NCBI GenBank assembly: GCA_021817165.1
Contig: JAKAVT010000004.1
Coordinates: 1,757-65,756, forward strand
From: Nanobdellota archaeon
GTDB taxonomy: Archaea; Nanobdellota; Nanobdellia; Parvarchaeales; Parvarchaeaceae
Length of the DNA stretch: 64,000 nucleotides
Reading direction: 5' to 3'
Under the pieces are notes generated by a model that searched no databases, was not told the DNA's origin, and saw only the letters and a list, made by a program, of their open reading frames with translations. Positions 46,966 through 55,355 of the stretch are shown piece by piece. Position 1 is the stretch's first letter. Each line of letters opens with the position of its first letter. A program made the translations under genes and the position numbers.

Positions 46966-48005
46966 AAAAGTATGCAAACGACAAAGGAGTACTTGCAAGC
47001 ATAGCGCACGCTCTTCCTAAACGCATCACTATACCAATGAAGGAGGAATTTATATACGCACAGATGGGCGGAGAAAATCTGGATAATTCCGTTGGAGCAG
47101 TAGCTATTCTGCTTATCGTCGGAGCCGTTTTGAGTGGTATTTTAGTGATTCATTTTCTTCATTCCCCGCTTTATGCCATCGGTGCTGCAGTGGGAATATT
47201 CTTCGGAGGATTGATATTAGTAAGATCCATGATATCGATGTTTGCCGATTCTGTCTCAGCCAAGATAGAAAAGGTTCTGCCTGACATGCTTCTGTTGATG
47301 GCCGCAAACCTTAGGGCCGGGATGATACCGGAAAACTCCTTTGTGGCATCGATGAAACCTGAATTTGGAAAATTAAATTATCTTTTGAACAAGGCGGCAA
47401 TAGAAACGCAGGCCGGAAAGAACTTCTCGGAGGCATTGCTGGAGATGAACGAGATGACTAACTCGGAATTCTTCAAGGACAGCGTAAGGATAATATCCGA
47501 AGGGATAAGATCCGGAGCTGAACTGCACTTAATACTAGAAAACCTTGCAAGCAACCTTTTGCAGAACGAAAGCATAAGGAACGACATGAAAGCGCAGGTA
47601 AAGAGCTACTCTCTTTTCATATTCATAGCCGCTACGCTGGCTGCGCCCCTGCTTTACGGAGTTTCATCCTTTCTCATAGGGATACTTGACGAAGTCGGCG
47701 CAAGCACAAACGGAGGCACGGCAATAACGAACCTGCCATCAGGAACGCTTGGACTGTTTTCGGGTTTCAGCCTGCCGCACATATCAGTAACGCTTGTAAT
47801 AGCCGTTGCGACTATAAACGTCATCATAACTACTGCTTCAAGCGCGCTTTTGGGAGGGATACTTAACACCGGGAAGGCAAAGAACGGCCTGAAAAATGTC
47901 CCTGTGTATGTATTGATAGGCATAGGGATATTCTTTGTGGTAAGGATAGGGGTATCAACGTTGTTTGCAAGCTCGTCTCTTACCTCTGGATCCAGCGGCT
48001 TTTAA
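46962..48005 (+). CDS. Type II secretion system F / PilC-TadC membrane platform protein (second paralog)
   Basis: IEKVLPD.L.LMA.NLRAG, EFG.L, G..F.EAL, EGIRSG; ATGA overlap. Confidence 0.88.
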   Translation: MKKYANDKGVLASIAHALPKRITIPMKEEFIYAQMGGENLDNSVGAVAILLIVGAVLSGILVIHFLHSPLYAIGAAVGIFFGGLILVRSMISMFADSVSAKIEKVLPDMLLLMAANLRAGMIPENSFVASMKPEFGKLNYLLNKAAIETQAGKNFSEALLEMNEMTNSEFFKDSVRIISEGIRSGAELHLILENLASNLLQNESIRNDMKAQVKSYSLFIFIAATLAAPLLYGVSSFLIGILDEVGASTNGGTAITNLPSGTLGLFSGFSLPHISVTLVIAVATINVIITTASSALLGGILNTGKAKNGLKNVPVYVLIGIGIFFVVRIGVSTLFASSSLTSGSSGF

Positions 48006-48127
48006 CAAAAAAGTGGATAAATTAAATTTGAATAGAAAAACAGGGCAGCAATAAATACTTATGATACAAAAGACAGTAAAATAATAAAATACCTATATTT
48101 ACGTAGTTTGTATTGAGTGGCATTTAA

Positions 48128-48200
48128 GGGCTCATGGTCTAGTGGCTATGACGTCTCCCTCACACGGAGAAGGCCGGGAGTTCGAATCTCCCTGGGCCCA
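48128..48200 (+). tRNA. tRNA-Val(CAC)
   Basis: GGGCTCA/TGGGCCC acceptor, TCTCC-CTCACAC-GGAGA, GGGAG-TTCGAAT-CTCCC. Confidence 0.96.
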
Positions 48201-48440
48201 TCACTTCTGACGGAAACCGTAAAAATAACTTTTACATCTTACTGAACTTTTCTAGATTTATTGAATGTGAGTGGCGTAGGCTATCGCCTTCCCGCAGGTA
48301 TCAACACAGAATAGAGTACTAGACTGCAATGACAAAGAGTAATGGGATAAGTGTAATAAGACGTATCCTATCGCTGCAAGGATACTCGTAGGAAACGAGA
48401 AAAGCAAGACATTTTACGCTGTCTCGGGATATGCATAAAA

Positions 48441-49427
48441 TCAGTGCTTAATTATTTTTATGGAAGGATTTGTTGCGTCTGCATATATCTCCGCTTTTCC
48501 GCCGATAGGGAAAGTTATCATCGGAGTCGTATGGCCAAAATCAACATCGGCTATGACAGGGATGTCTTTCAGTTCCCTTTTCGTCTTTATTATCCTAATA
48601 AGTTTTTCGCGTGTCATTTTACTTGCTTTCTGGAACCGGCCTATAACCAAACCTTGAACCTCCTCAAACCCTTTCTGCATTATTAACGACTGCAAATCAC
48701 GGTCAAAATTCTGAGGTTTTGATTCGCTATCGTCTTCTATGAATACTACAGAATTCCTAAGGTCCGGCATATAATCTGTCCCCTGCAACAGGTTCAACGT
48801 GCACAGATTACCACCTATTATGGTCCCTGCGCCGAATCCCGGATTTATCACATAGTATCCTTTGTTTTTTATGAAATGTACATTTTCTTGGTCTTTATAC
48901 CAGTGTTCATCCCTGAATTTAGGACTGGGTAAGACCTCAAAAGACCTGTCTTCAATTACACATTTTTTAAAATATTCTAGTGTGTATTCGAAACCTTTCT
49001 TCTGCCCAAATGTGGCATATGCGGGCCCAGAGTAACTTATCAATGCGCTTTTTTTAAGAATGGCATTCTGAAGAGCGGTAATATCGGAAAAACCGCAAAA
49101 TATCTTTGGATTTTTACGTATAATATCAAAATCTATGTAATTTAGCAATTGATTCGAATTGAAACCTCCTATCACTGCCAATACGGCTTTTACGTTTTTG
49201 TCCATGAAGGCAGTGTGCAGATCCTCGATTCTTTGTGAAATTGATGAGGATTCGAATTCATCCATCTGATCAGTGTTATTTCCAAAAGTAACTTTAAATC
49301 CGAGACGGGTAAGTCTAGCGAGAGGAATCTTCCGAAACTCTTTGCTCAGTATCCCCATTGAATTAGAAGGAGCTATGACTCTTATTTCATCTCCTCTTTT
49401 CAGCTTCTTTGGAACGAGATATTCCAT
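48441..49427 (-). CDS. S66 family peptidase (LD-carboxypeptidase/MccF-like)
   Basis: VIAPS, IGGFNSNQLL, GFSDIT (Ser), GGNL, FIED (Glu), DFGHT (His). Confidence 0.93.
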   Translation of the reverse strand: MEYLVPKKLKRGDEIRVIAPSNSMGILSKEFRKIPLARLTRLGFKVTFGNNTDQMDEFESSSISQRIEDLHTAFMDKNVKAVLAVIGGFNSNQLLNYIDFDIIRKNPKIFCGFSDITALQNAILKKSALISYSGPAYATFGQKKGFEYTLEYFKKCVIEDRSFEVLPSPKFRDEHWYKDQENVHFIKNKGYYVINPGFGAGTIIGGNLCTLNLLQGTDYMPDLRNSVVFIEDDSESKPQNFDRDLQSLIMQKGFEEVQGLVIGRFQKASKMTREKLIRIIKTKRELKDIPVIADVDFGHTTPMITFPIGGKAEIYADATNPSIKIIKH

Positions 49428-49567
49428 ATATAATAAAAATTTACTGCTAATTAAAACTTAACGCCTTGTAGAGTTTGTTGCATAATTCGATTGCAGACGG
49501 CCTGCAATGAGTAGCAATAGTCATTCTTATTGCAATCTGGTGTTAATCTTGTCTAAGAACTGCTTGC

Positions 49568-50122
49568 CTATTTTGAATAGTTGTGTATCTTCCTGTTGGA
49601 GTCTATGTATATGAAATTTATGCCCGATTCCTTTGCTTCTATTAAGGTTTCGGCTGCCTTTTCGCTGTTTTCATACCCTAATATTATTATGTTTTTAAGA
49701 TCCTCTTCCTTTATTTCTTCGTATTCCTTTTCATGCTCGTATGTTTTGTTTTTTAGGTAAACCTTAGGAATGCTGCCCCCCATATCCAGGTAGATATTTA
49801 GCCAGCCCGTCCAGTGATCAGGTTTTCCGCTTTCATATGTTCCCCGAAGATGATTCTGCCTATGAGCTTCTTCATGTACAAGGAGATTTTCAATATCGAC
49901 AATTTTACCGGAACACAATGAATCATAAAGAAACCACTTATCGATCAGCATTTTGTCGTTGCAATGGTCATATCTTCCGCAGAACATGTTGTTAGAGCTG
50001 GTTATGTAATATTTGCTTTTATCAAATGCCGAAGGATAAGGTGCATTTCTTTTCAGGCTGGAAAGCAGCGATTCCAGTATGCTTCTTTGCTTCCTTAGGT
50101 CAATAAATTCTCCGTTTATCAT
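49568..50122 (-). CDS. Putative SprT-like zinc metalloprotease
   Basis: LLVHEEAH...DH...W....MGG, i.e. HExxH plus a downstream His. Confidence 0.6.
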   Translation of the reverse strand: MINGEFIDLRKQRSILESLLSSLKRNAPYPSAFDKSKYYITSSNNMFCGRYDHCNDKMLIDKWFLYDSLCSGKIVDIENLLVHEEAHRQNHLRGTYESGKPDHWTGWLNIYLDMGGSIPKVYLKNKTYEHEKEYEEIKEEDLKNIIILGYENSEKAAETLIEAKESGINFIYIDSNRKIHNYSK

Positions 50123-50213
50123 AAATAGTAGAGATGCAATATCGTTAATAAAGGTTCTCTACTTTTTATTAAGCATTCTTAGTGTTTGATGTTAAGCTTG
50201 ATAACTGTGATGC

Positions 50214-50828
50214 CTATAATCTCAATTCTTTCTTTGCTATTACTTTTCCATCCGGAGCGAGACCATATATTATGGGCAAGCTCGTCGGCAGTTCCAACGA
50301 CAATACCTGTTCCTTTGACAATTTATCTAAATACATAACTATAGAGCGTAGGCTATTTCCATGCGCAACTACCAATACATTTTTTCCCTCCTTTAGATCC
50401 GTCATTATACAGTTCATAAAAAAAGGTATTGTTCTCTTCTGCGTGTCTTCGAGGCTTTCCCCATTTGGAGGCTTTATATCATAGCTTCTTCTCCAAATGT
50501 GAACTTGCTGATTGCCGTATTTTTTGGCGGTGTCTTCCTTGTTTAATCCTTGCAAATCCCCATACATCCTTTCATTAAGTGCAGAATCTTTTATCATAGG
50601 GATATTTTGCTGTATTGTCTTCATCACTATTTCAAGTGTTTCTATGGCCCTGTTTAAAACGCTTGTGTATGCAACCTGAAACTGCAGCCCTTCTTTTTTT
50701 ATTGATTCACCGGCTTTCTCCGCCTGTTCTCTTCCGAAGTCTGTCAAAGGAACGTCTACCCATCCGGTAAACCTGTTTTCCTTATTCCAAAGGGATTCTC
50801 CATGCCTCAACAAACACAGCTGTACCAT
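50214..50828 (-). CDS. gpmA: 2,3-bisphosphoglycerate-dependent phosphoglycerate mutase
   Basis: LLRHGES.WN..NRFTGW.D, LNERMYGDLQG, WRRSYD, AHGNSLR. Confidence 0.96.
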   Translation of the reverse strand: MVQLCLLRHGESLWNKENRFTGWVDVPLTDFGREQAEKAGESIKKEGLQFQVAYTSVLNRAIETLEIVMKTIQQNIPMIKDSALNERMYGDLQGLNKEDTAKKYGNQQVHIWRRSYDIKPPNGESLEDTQKRTIPFFMNCIMTDLKEGKNVLVVAHGNSLRSIVMYLDKLSKEQVLSLELPTSLPIIYGLAPDGKVIAKKELRL

Positions 50829-50880
50829 TCTGTTTTATAGTTTTCATTTATTAATTTCTTTTAGATTTTGATTTTGCTTT

Positions 50881-51228
50881 CTATACGGCATATATTCGGC
50901 GGTTCCTCCTCTTTCTTATTACTTTAAGGATTATGAGAAGTATAATAGATATGAGAAGAACCGCAGAAACCGAATACATTATTGCATTCAATCCGCATTT
51001 AAAGTAAAAAGACCCTGAAACCGAAGAAACGCCCCCTGAAAGAGCTAAAGCGTATATTGAGCAGGAATTGTAATTTGTGAATATGAGAAAATAAATAGGT
51101 ATTGCCAGAGCAATTCCTATGAGTATAAGGATTAATTTTGTCCTGTCTTTTTTTATTTTAATGCCTTTTATTTCTACGTTTATCCCCTGGGACTTTAATT
51201 CTTCCCTGTACTTATCCGCAAGACTCAT
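50881..51228 (-). CDS. Small two-TM membrane protein
   Basis: Two hydrophobic segments with basic flanks; coupled to the Lrp gene. Confidence 0.7.
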   Translation of the reverse strand: MSLADKYREELKSQGINVEIKGIKIKKDRTKLILILIGIALAIPIYFLIFTNYNSCSIYALALSGGVSSVSGSFYFKCGLNAIMYSVSAVLLISIILLIILKVIRKRRNRRIYAV

Positions 51229-51659
51229 TATATTTCTACGTGTCTCATTATAAATATAGATTGTATTTTCTTCACGTTTTGTATGTTCTGCAGTTTCTCA
51301 TGCACGAAATTTATTATGTTTTCCCTCGGCCCGGTTACCATGAAAACGAAATCCCAGTCTCCGCTGACTTCGTATATTTCCTGTATCACTTTCTCTTCCT
51401 TCAAGTCCTGAAAGAACTTTTCAAAATCATTGTTATGCACGTTGTTCAATGAAACGAGAATGAACGCCTTTTCATAACCATTTGATTCATCATAGCTAAT
51501 TTCTACCTTCAAACCCTTTATGAATCCGTTCTTTTTCAACTTGTTGTAATGATAGTAAACAGTAGACTGCGGAACGTTCAGCTTTTGAGTGATTTCCTTC
51601 ACTTTTTTGCCGTTTTTGAACAAGTCCAAAAGCTCCATGTCTATTTCTTTGAGTTTCAT
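51228..51659 (-). CDS. Lrp/AsnC family transcriptional regulator
   Basis: N-terminal HTH (L.EID..LL, STV....KL...G.IK), C-terminal EVSGDWD. Confidence 0.9.
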   Translation of the reverse strand: MKLKEIDMELLDLFKNGKKVKEITQKLNVPQSTVYYHYNKLKKNGFIKGLKVEISYDESNGYEKAFILVSLNNVHNNDFEKFFQDLKEEKVIQEIYEVSGDWDFVFMVTGPRENIINFVHEKLQNIQNVKKIQSIFIMRHVEI

Positions 51660-51706
51660 AGCACTAAAATAATACTTATGGTAATACTACATTTAAAAAG
51701 CTTTCA

Positions 51707-52495
51707 TTATGCAATTATCCTCGCAGAAAAGAAGTTCGCAACGACGTTTTTAAGCGTCGAATTGGGAAGGAACATCTCTCTGCCGTAGAAAGTGTTTAAA
51801 TCTGCAGACGAAAGATAGAAGGCCGCGGTATTTTCATACAAAAACATCATTCCGTTGTAAAAGTTTGTGTTGTTTATTCTTACTGAAGGTATGTAAGTTG
51901 TGTTCTGGCCATTGTATGCCAAAGTACCGTTTAGTTCATAGGAAGAAGTTCCGTTTGGAAATATGACAAATGTGCCGAAGCCAAGACCTATGCTCTTGTT
52001 TATGTAAGTACCGTTTAATACGGGAACCGTGACGTTTGAATAAATTGAGCACAAGGCAAATACGCTGTTGCTGTCTTTTGCTACCTGGCAATCCTTAAGG
52101 GACGCACTCATATTTTCGGCTGTAAAATTATACGGAAAAGAAACGGCGGACGGAAGGCTGGAAACGTTCTCCATGTCTATGAGCACATAATATTTTGCAG
52201 GAAGTTTTGCGTTTGCGAAAAGGATGGAATCGTAAAGGGTGTTGTTCTCTACAACTTTATTGCCGTTTATTGAAAATGACTTTGCGGCGGCATAATACTG
52301 TGAAGGTACTAAAAGCGTGGAATTCTGGTATGCTGCATTGAAGTATTCAAGCGCGTACTGTATGGAAGAAGGAAGGGAAGCAGTGGTTGCATTCTGCGGT
52401 TTGTTTAGTTTCACAAACGCAAAGACTATGACAAGGAGTATTATCACTACCACTAAAAGCCACAAAAGAGAAGTCGATATCCTTAACACTACCAT
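51707..52495 (-). CDS. Membrane-anchored secreted protein, resembling the soluble C-terminal domain of AglB/STT3
   Basis: Single TM, then ALEYFN...STLLVPSQYY...NKVVENN, YYVLID, and C-terminal LNTFYGREMF...ARII. The ORF is solid; the AglB resemblance is by eye only. Confidence 0.45.
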   Translation of the reverse strand: MVVLRISTSLLWLLVVVIILLVIVFAFVKLNKPQNATTASLPSSIQYALEYFNAAYQNSTLLVPSQYYAAAKSFSINGNKVVENNTLYDSILFANAKLPAKYYVLIDMENVSSLPSAVSFPYNFTAENMSASLKDCQVAKDSNSVFALCSIYSNVTVPVLNGTYINKSIGLGFGTFVIFPNGTSSYELNGTLAYNGQNTTYIPSVRINNTNFYNGMMFLYENTAAFYLSSADLNTFYGREMFLPNSTLKNVVANFFSARIIA

Positions 52496-52498
52496 GGA

Positions 52499-52891
52499 TC
52501 ACTGCTCGTTGTTTTCCTGATTGTCATCTTGATGGTTTCCCTGATTGTCTTCTTCGTTTTGATCGTTTTCTTCGTTCTCTTTTTCAAATGCGTTATCCGG
52601 AGCCGGATTCTCGTTGTGCGTTTCGTCAGTTTCCGGAATTTTGTTTGCAAGGTTATCCTCAGTTGCGAATATCGTGAATTTTCTCTTTACTTTGGAACTG
52701 GTCGTTCTTTTTACGTATTTAGGCATGCCTTTGTAAAGTCTCTGTCCGTGTATCTTCTTTGCGCAGTCCGGGCAGTAATATGCCTTTATGCCGTCCCTGA
52801 ACATGTAAACGGCCCTGTCTCTTCTGGTTATCTGTCCGCATGAAGCGCATCTAACGTTTCCCGTCCTTCCCCTTCTTACGTTCTTTCCCAT
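52499..52891 (-). CDS. Ribosomal protein eS26-like zinc-binding protein with acidic low-complexity tail
   Basis: RGRTGNVRCASCG...RRDRAV...YYCPDCA resembles the eS26 consensus (VxCxxCG...P[RK]DKA...YYCVSCA). Confidence 0.6.
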   Translation of the reverse strand: MGKNVRRGRTGNVRCASCGQITRRDRAVYMFRDGIKAYYCPDCAKKIHGQRLYKGMPKYVKRTTSSKVKRKFTIFATEDNLANKIPETDETHNENPAPDNAFEKENEENDQNEEDNQGNHQDDNQENNEQ

Positions 52892-53888
52892 TCACTTTAT
52901 TATTATTGGGGATTATATATAAGTTTGCTATGCCGATTTTTTCGCCGTTGTCATTCTCTTCTGAATAATTATCTCCGCCGTTCTCCTTATCCGGAAGCTT
53001 ATACATGTAAAAAAAGAAAAGGAGCATTGCAGTAAGCAGCGTTCCTCCTATCAAGGTCACCAAAATAGAAGCCGATGAAACTGCGGAATTATTCAGGTAG
53101 GAGTAAAGGGATTTCGTGCCGAATACCTTGGCATAATTCAGAAAATTGACGGATAAGACGGAAAGGAATGCGGCTATGAAAATGACCTCTCTTCTTGTCC
53201 TGCCGGTTACGTAGTAAAGGATTGAAACCAACGCAATTGCGACTGCAAGCAGGTAAGTTACATAGTTTGTGTTAAGCCCAAGTCCGCGGATTGATAATAT
53301 GAACAGCAAAAGACCTGTTACTGTAGCCATAGGCGATAAGAATTTCATCTTTTCTATTTTGTAGAAAACGAATGATAAACCAAATGCTATAAGGAGGGTT
53401 CCGATTATGAACCCAAAAACGTATGGATTGGATAGAAATACTGCGGCAGAAAACCCTGTCAATGAAGGATTCGCTCCGACGCCGGATATTATCGATATAA
53501 AGATCGAAAGCAGTAAAATTATTATTATGAACGTTATAAGCGAATAAATTCTCGCAAGCGCCAGCTGGCTGAATCTAGAACCTTTCCAGATGTACTCCGA
53601 AAAGACAAGAAAGAGGTTTCTCCCTATGAACAACAGGGTCGCCAGCAGTATGGGGAAAACGTAAAGATAATCTATTGCTGGCATTATTGAAGGGTAAAGC
53701 ACTTCTGCGTTGACAACGAAGAAAACTACAAACGTTCCCACTATCCCCCAGATTGGGTCTAGGTATTTCTTTACCACGGGCAGGCTTTTCCTGTCATACA
53801 TGAAAGAAATGGCCGACATTCCTTCTACGAACAGAAAAGTGAATACCACTGCTAGCAGGACGTAATTTATGGATATGTATACATTCAT
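52851..53888 (-). CDS. cydB: Cytochrome bd ubiquinol oxidase subunit II (divergent)
   Basis: About nine TMs, LFVEG, YLDPIWGIVGTFVVF..V....YP; ATGA-coupled to cydA. Confidence 0.75.
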   Translation of the reverse strand: MNVYISINYVLLAVVFTFLFVEGMSAISFMYDRKSLPVVKKYLDPIWGIVGTFVVFFVVNAEVLYPSIMPAIDYLYVFPILLATLLFIGRNLFLVFSEYIWKGSRFSQLALARIYSLITFIIIILLLSIFISIISGVGANPSLTGFSAAVFLSNPYVFGFIIGTLLIAFGLSFVFYKIEKMKFLSPMATVTGLLLFILSIRGLGLNTNYVTYLLAVAIALVSILYYVTGRTRREVIFIAAFLSVLSVNFLNYAKVFGTKSLYSYLNNSAVSSASILVTLIGGTLLTAMLLFFFYMYKLPDKENGGDNYSEENDNGEKIGIANLYIIPNNNKVNGKERKKGKDGKR

Positions 53889-55300
53889 GGCCTTGCCTCC
53901 AGTTCATTGTTAAGATCCCTTTTCTTCATTACCTTTCTCACAAACAGTATTGTCGCTGGCAGGACCACCACGTAAAAGGCTATTATTGCTATGCCCACCG
54001 GCACAACCGACGGCGAAGTGTTCGCGGCGGCTGAGACCGTCATTACGTTGTAGAGTATCCATGGCTGCCTTCCAACCTCGTCTGTTACCCAGCCGTCTTC
54101 CAAAAGGAAAGCTGCCAACACTCCTATTATTATCAATGCTTTCAACACCAACGGGTTGTCGAATGGATCGGAGAACATCTTCTTTGAAAGAAGCTTTTTA
54201 AAAAACTTGTTTGATTCGAACCTGTCTCTTATCTTTCTTACGTTCAAGAGCCATATTATTAGAAAGATTACCAGTAATACGCCGATTAAAATGCCAAGGC
54301 CCACCATTACGTCAAAAGTGTTGTGTACAACCGTAATGGGCGGCCACGTGCTTTTTGCATATGCCGCCAGCGAGTCGTTGCTAGATATAATGCCGTTGAA
54401 GCTTCCGGTAGCCAGAAAACTCATCAAACCCGGTATGTTTATGGAATCGACGGTTTTGTTGTTTACGAGGAAACCGCCTATTACCTCTGCAACGTGCGGC
54501 CCGGAATTGAAGTTCATTTCCAATGCCGCGAATTTTTCTGGCTGGTACACCATCAGATTTGTAATCGATTCTATGCCGATTATGACTGTTAATATGATGG
54601 AGATTATGGCTATTGCAGCTGCTATCTTTGCCGCTTTTTTATAGTATTCCCTTTCAACCCCTTTGGTTTTCAACAGCTTATAAGCGAAGTAGGCAAGGAA
54701 AAACGCAGCTCCTGCAAATATTGTTGAACCGATTACATGCCCTATCTCTATCCATGTAGTCGGGGTATTCAAAACGGCAAACGGGGTTACATCGATTATC
54801 TTGCCGGTGCTTAAGTAGTATGGGATATTGAATCCATTTGGAGTATTCATAAATGCGTTTATCATTGTTATGAAAACTCCGGACATGACAGCCCCTATTG
54901 CGATGAAAACCGAAAGAAGCCAGTGCTTGATCCTGCTTTTGAATTTATTCCAGAAATAGATGTATATCCCAAGAAAGATGGCTTCTGTAAAGAATGCAAA
55001 AATTTCCATGTAAAGTGGCAGTATACCGACTTGGCCCAGAACTGAAATGAACTTTGGCCAAAGGACAAAAAGTTCTATGGCAACGACAACCCCGCTTGCA
55101 GTTCCGACCGCAAAGAAGATTATCAGCGCGTTAGCCAGTCTTTTTGCAAGTATGTCGTATACGTTTATCTTGTATTTTATGGAAACGAACTCAGCTATGC
55201 TCATTATTATTGGCAAAGTCATTCCGACAGTAACCAGAAGGATATGTACTGCTAATGAGTAACCCATCAACCCCGCATCGAACAGCACTAGATTAACCAC
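53885..55300 (-). CDS. cydA: Cytochrome bd ubiquinol oxidase subunit I
   Basis: AVH (heme ligand), FAVG.ASG, E..AFF.EA.FLG, NAFMNTP.G, GH, QPEKFAALE, FDVMVG, EDGW..DEVGRQPW. Confidence 0.96.
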   Translation of the reverse strand: MVNLVLFDAGLMGYSLAVHILLVTVGMTLPIIMSIAEFVSIKYKINVYDILAKRLANALIIFFAVGTASGVVVAIELFVLWPKFISVLGQVGILPLYMEIFAFFTEAIFLGIYIYFWNKFKSRIKHWLLSVFIAIGAVMSGVFITMINAFMNTPNGFNIPYYLSTGKIIDVTPFAVLNTPTTWIEIGHVIGSTIFAGAAFFLAYFAYKLLKTKGVEREYYKKAAKIAAAIAIISIILTVIIGIESITNLMVYQPEKFAALEMNFNSGPHVAEVIGGFLVNNKTVDSINIPGLMSFLATGSFNGIISSNDSLAAYAKSTWPPITVVHNTFDVMVGLGILIGVLLVIFLIIWLLNVRKIRDRFESNKFFKKLLSKKMFSDPFDNPLVLKALIIIGVLAAFLLEDGWVTDEVGRQPWILYNVMTVSAAANTSPSVVPVGIAIIAFYVVVLPATILFVRKVMKKRDLNNELEARP

Positions 55301-55355
55301 ATTATTATTAACTTTTAGGTTTATTTATGGGTTTTTACAATGCTTTGAATAAAAA

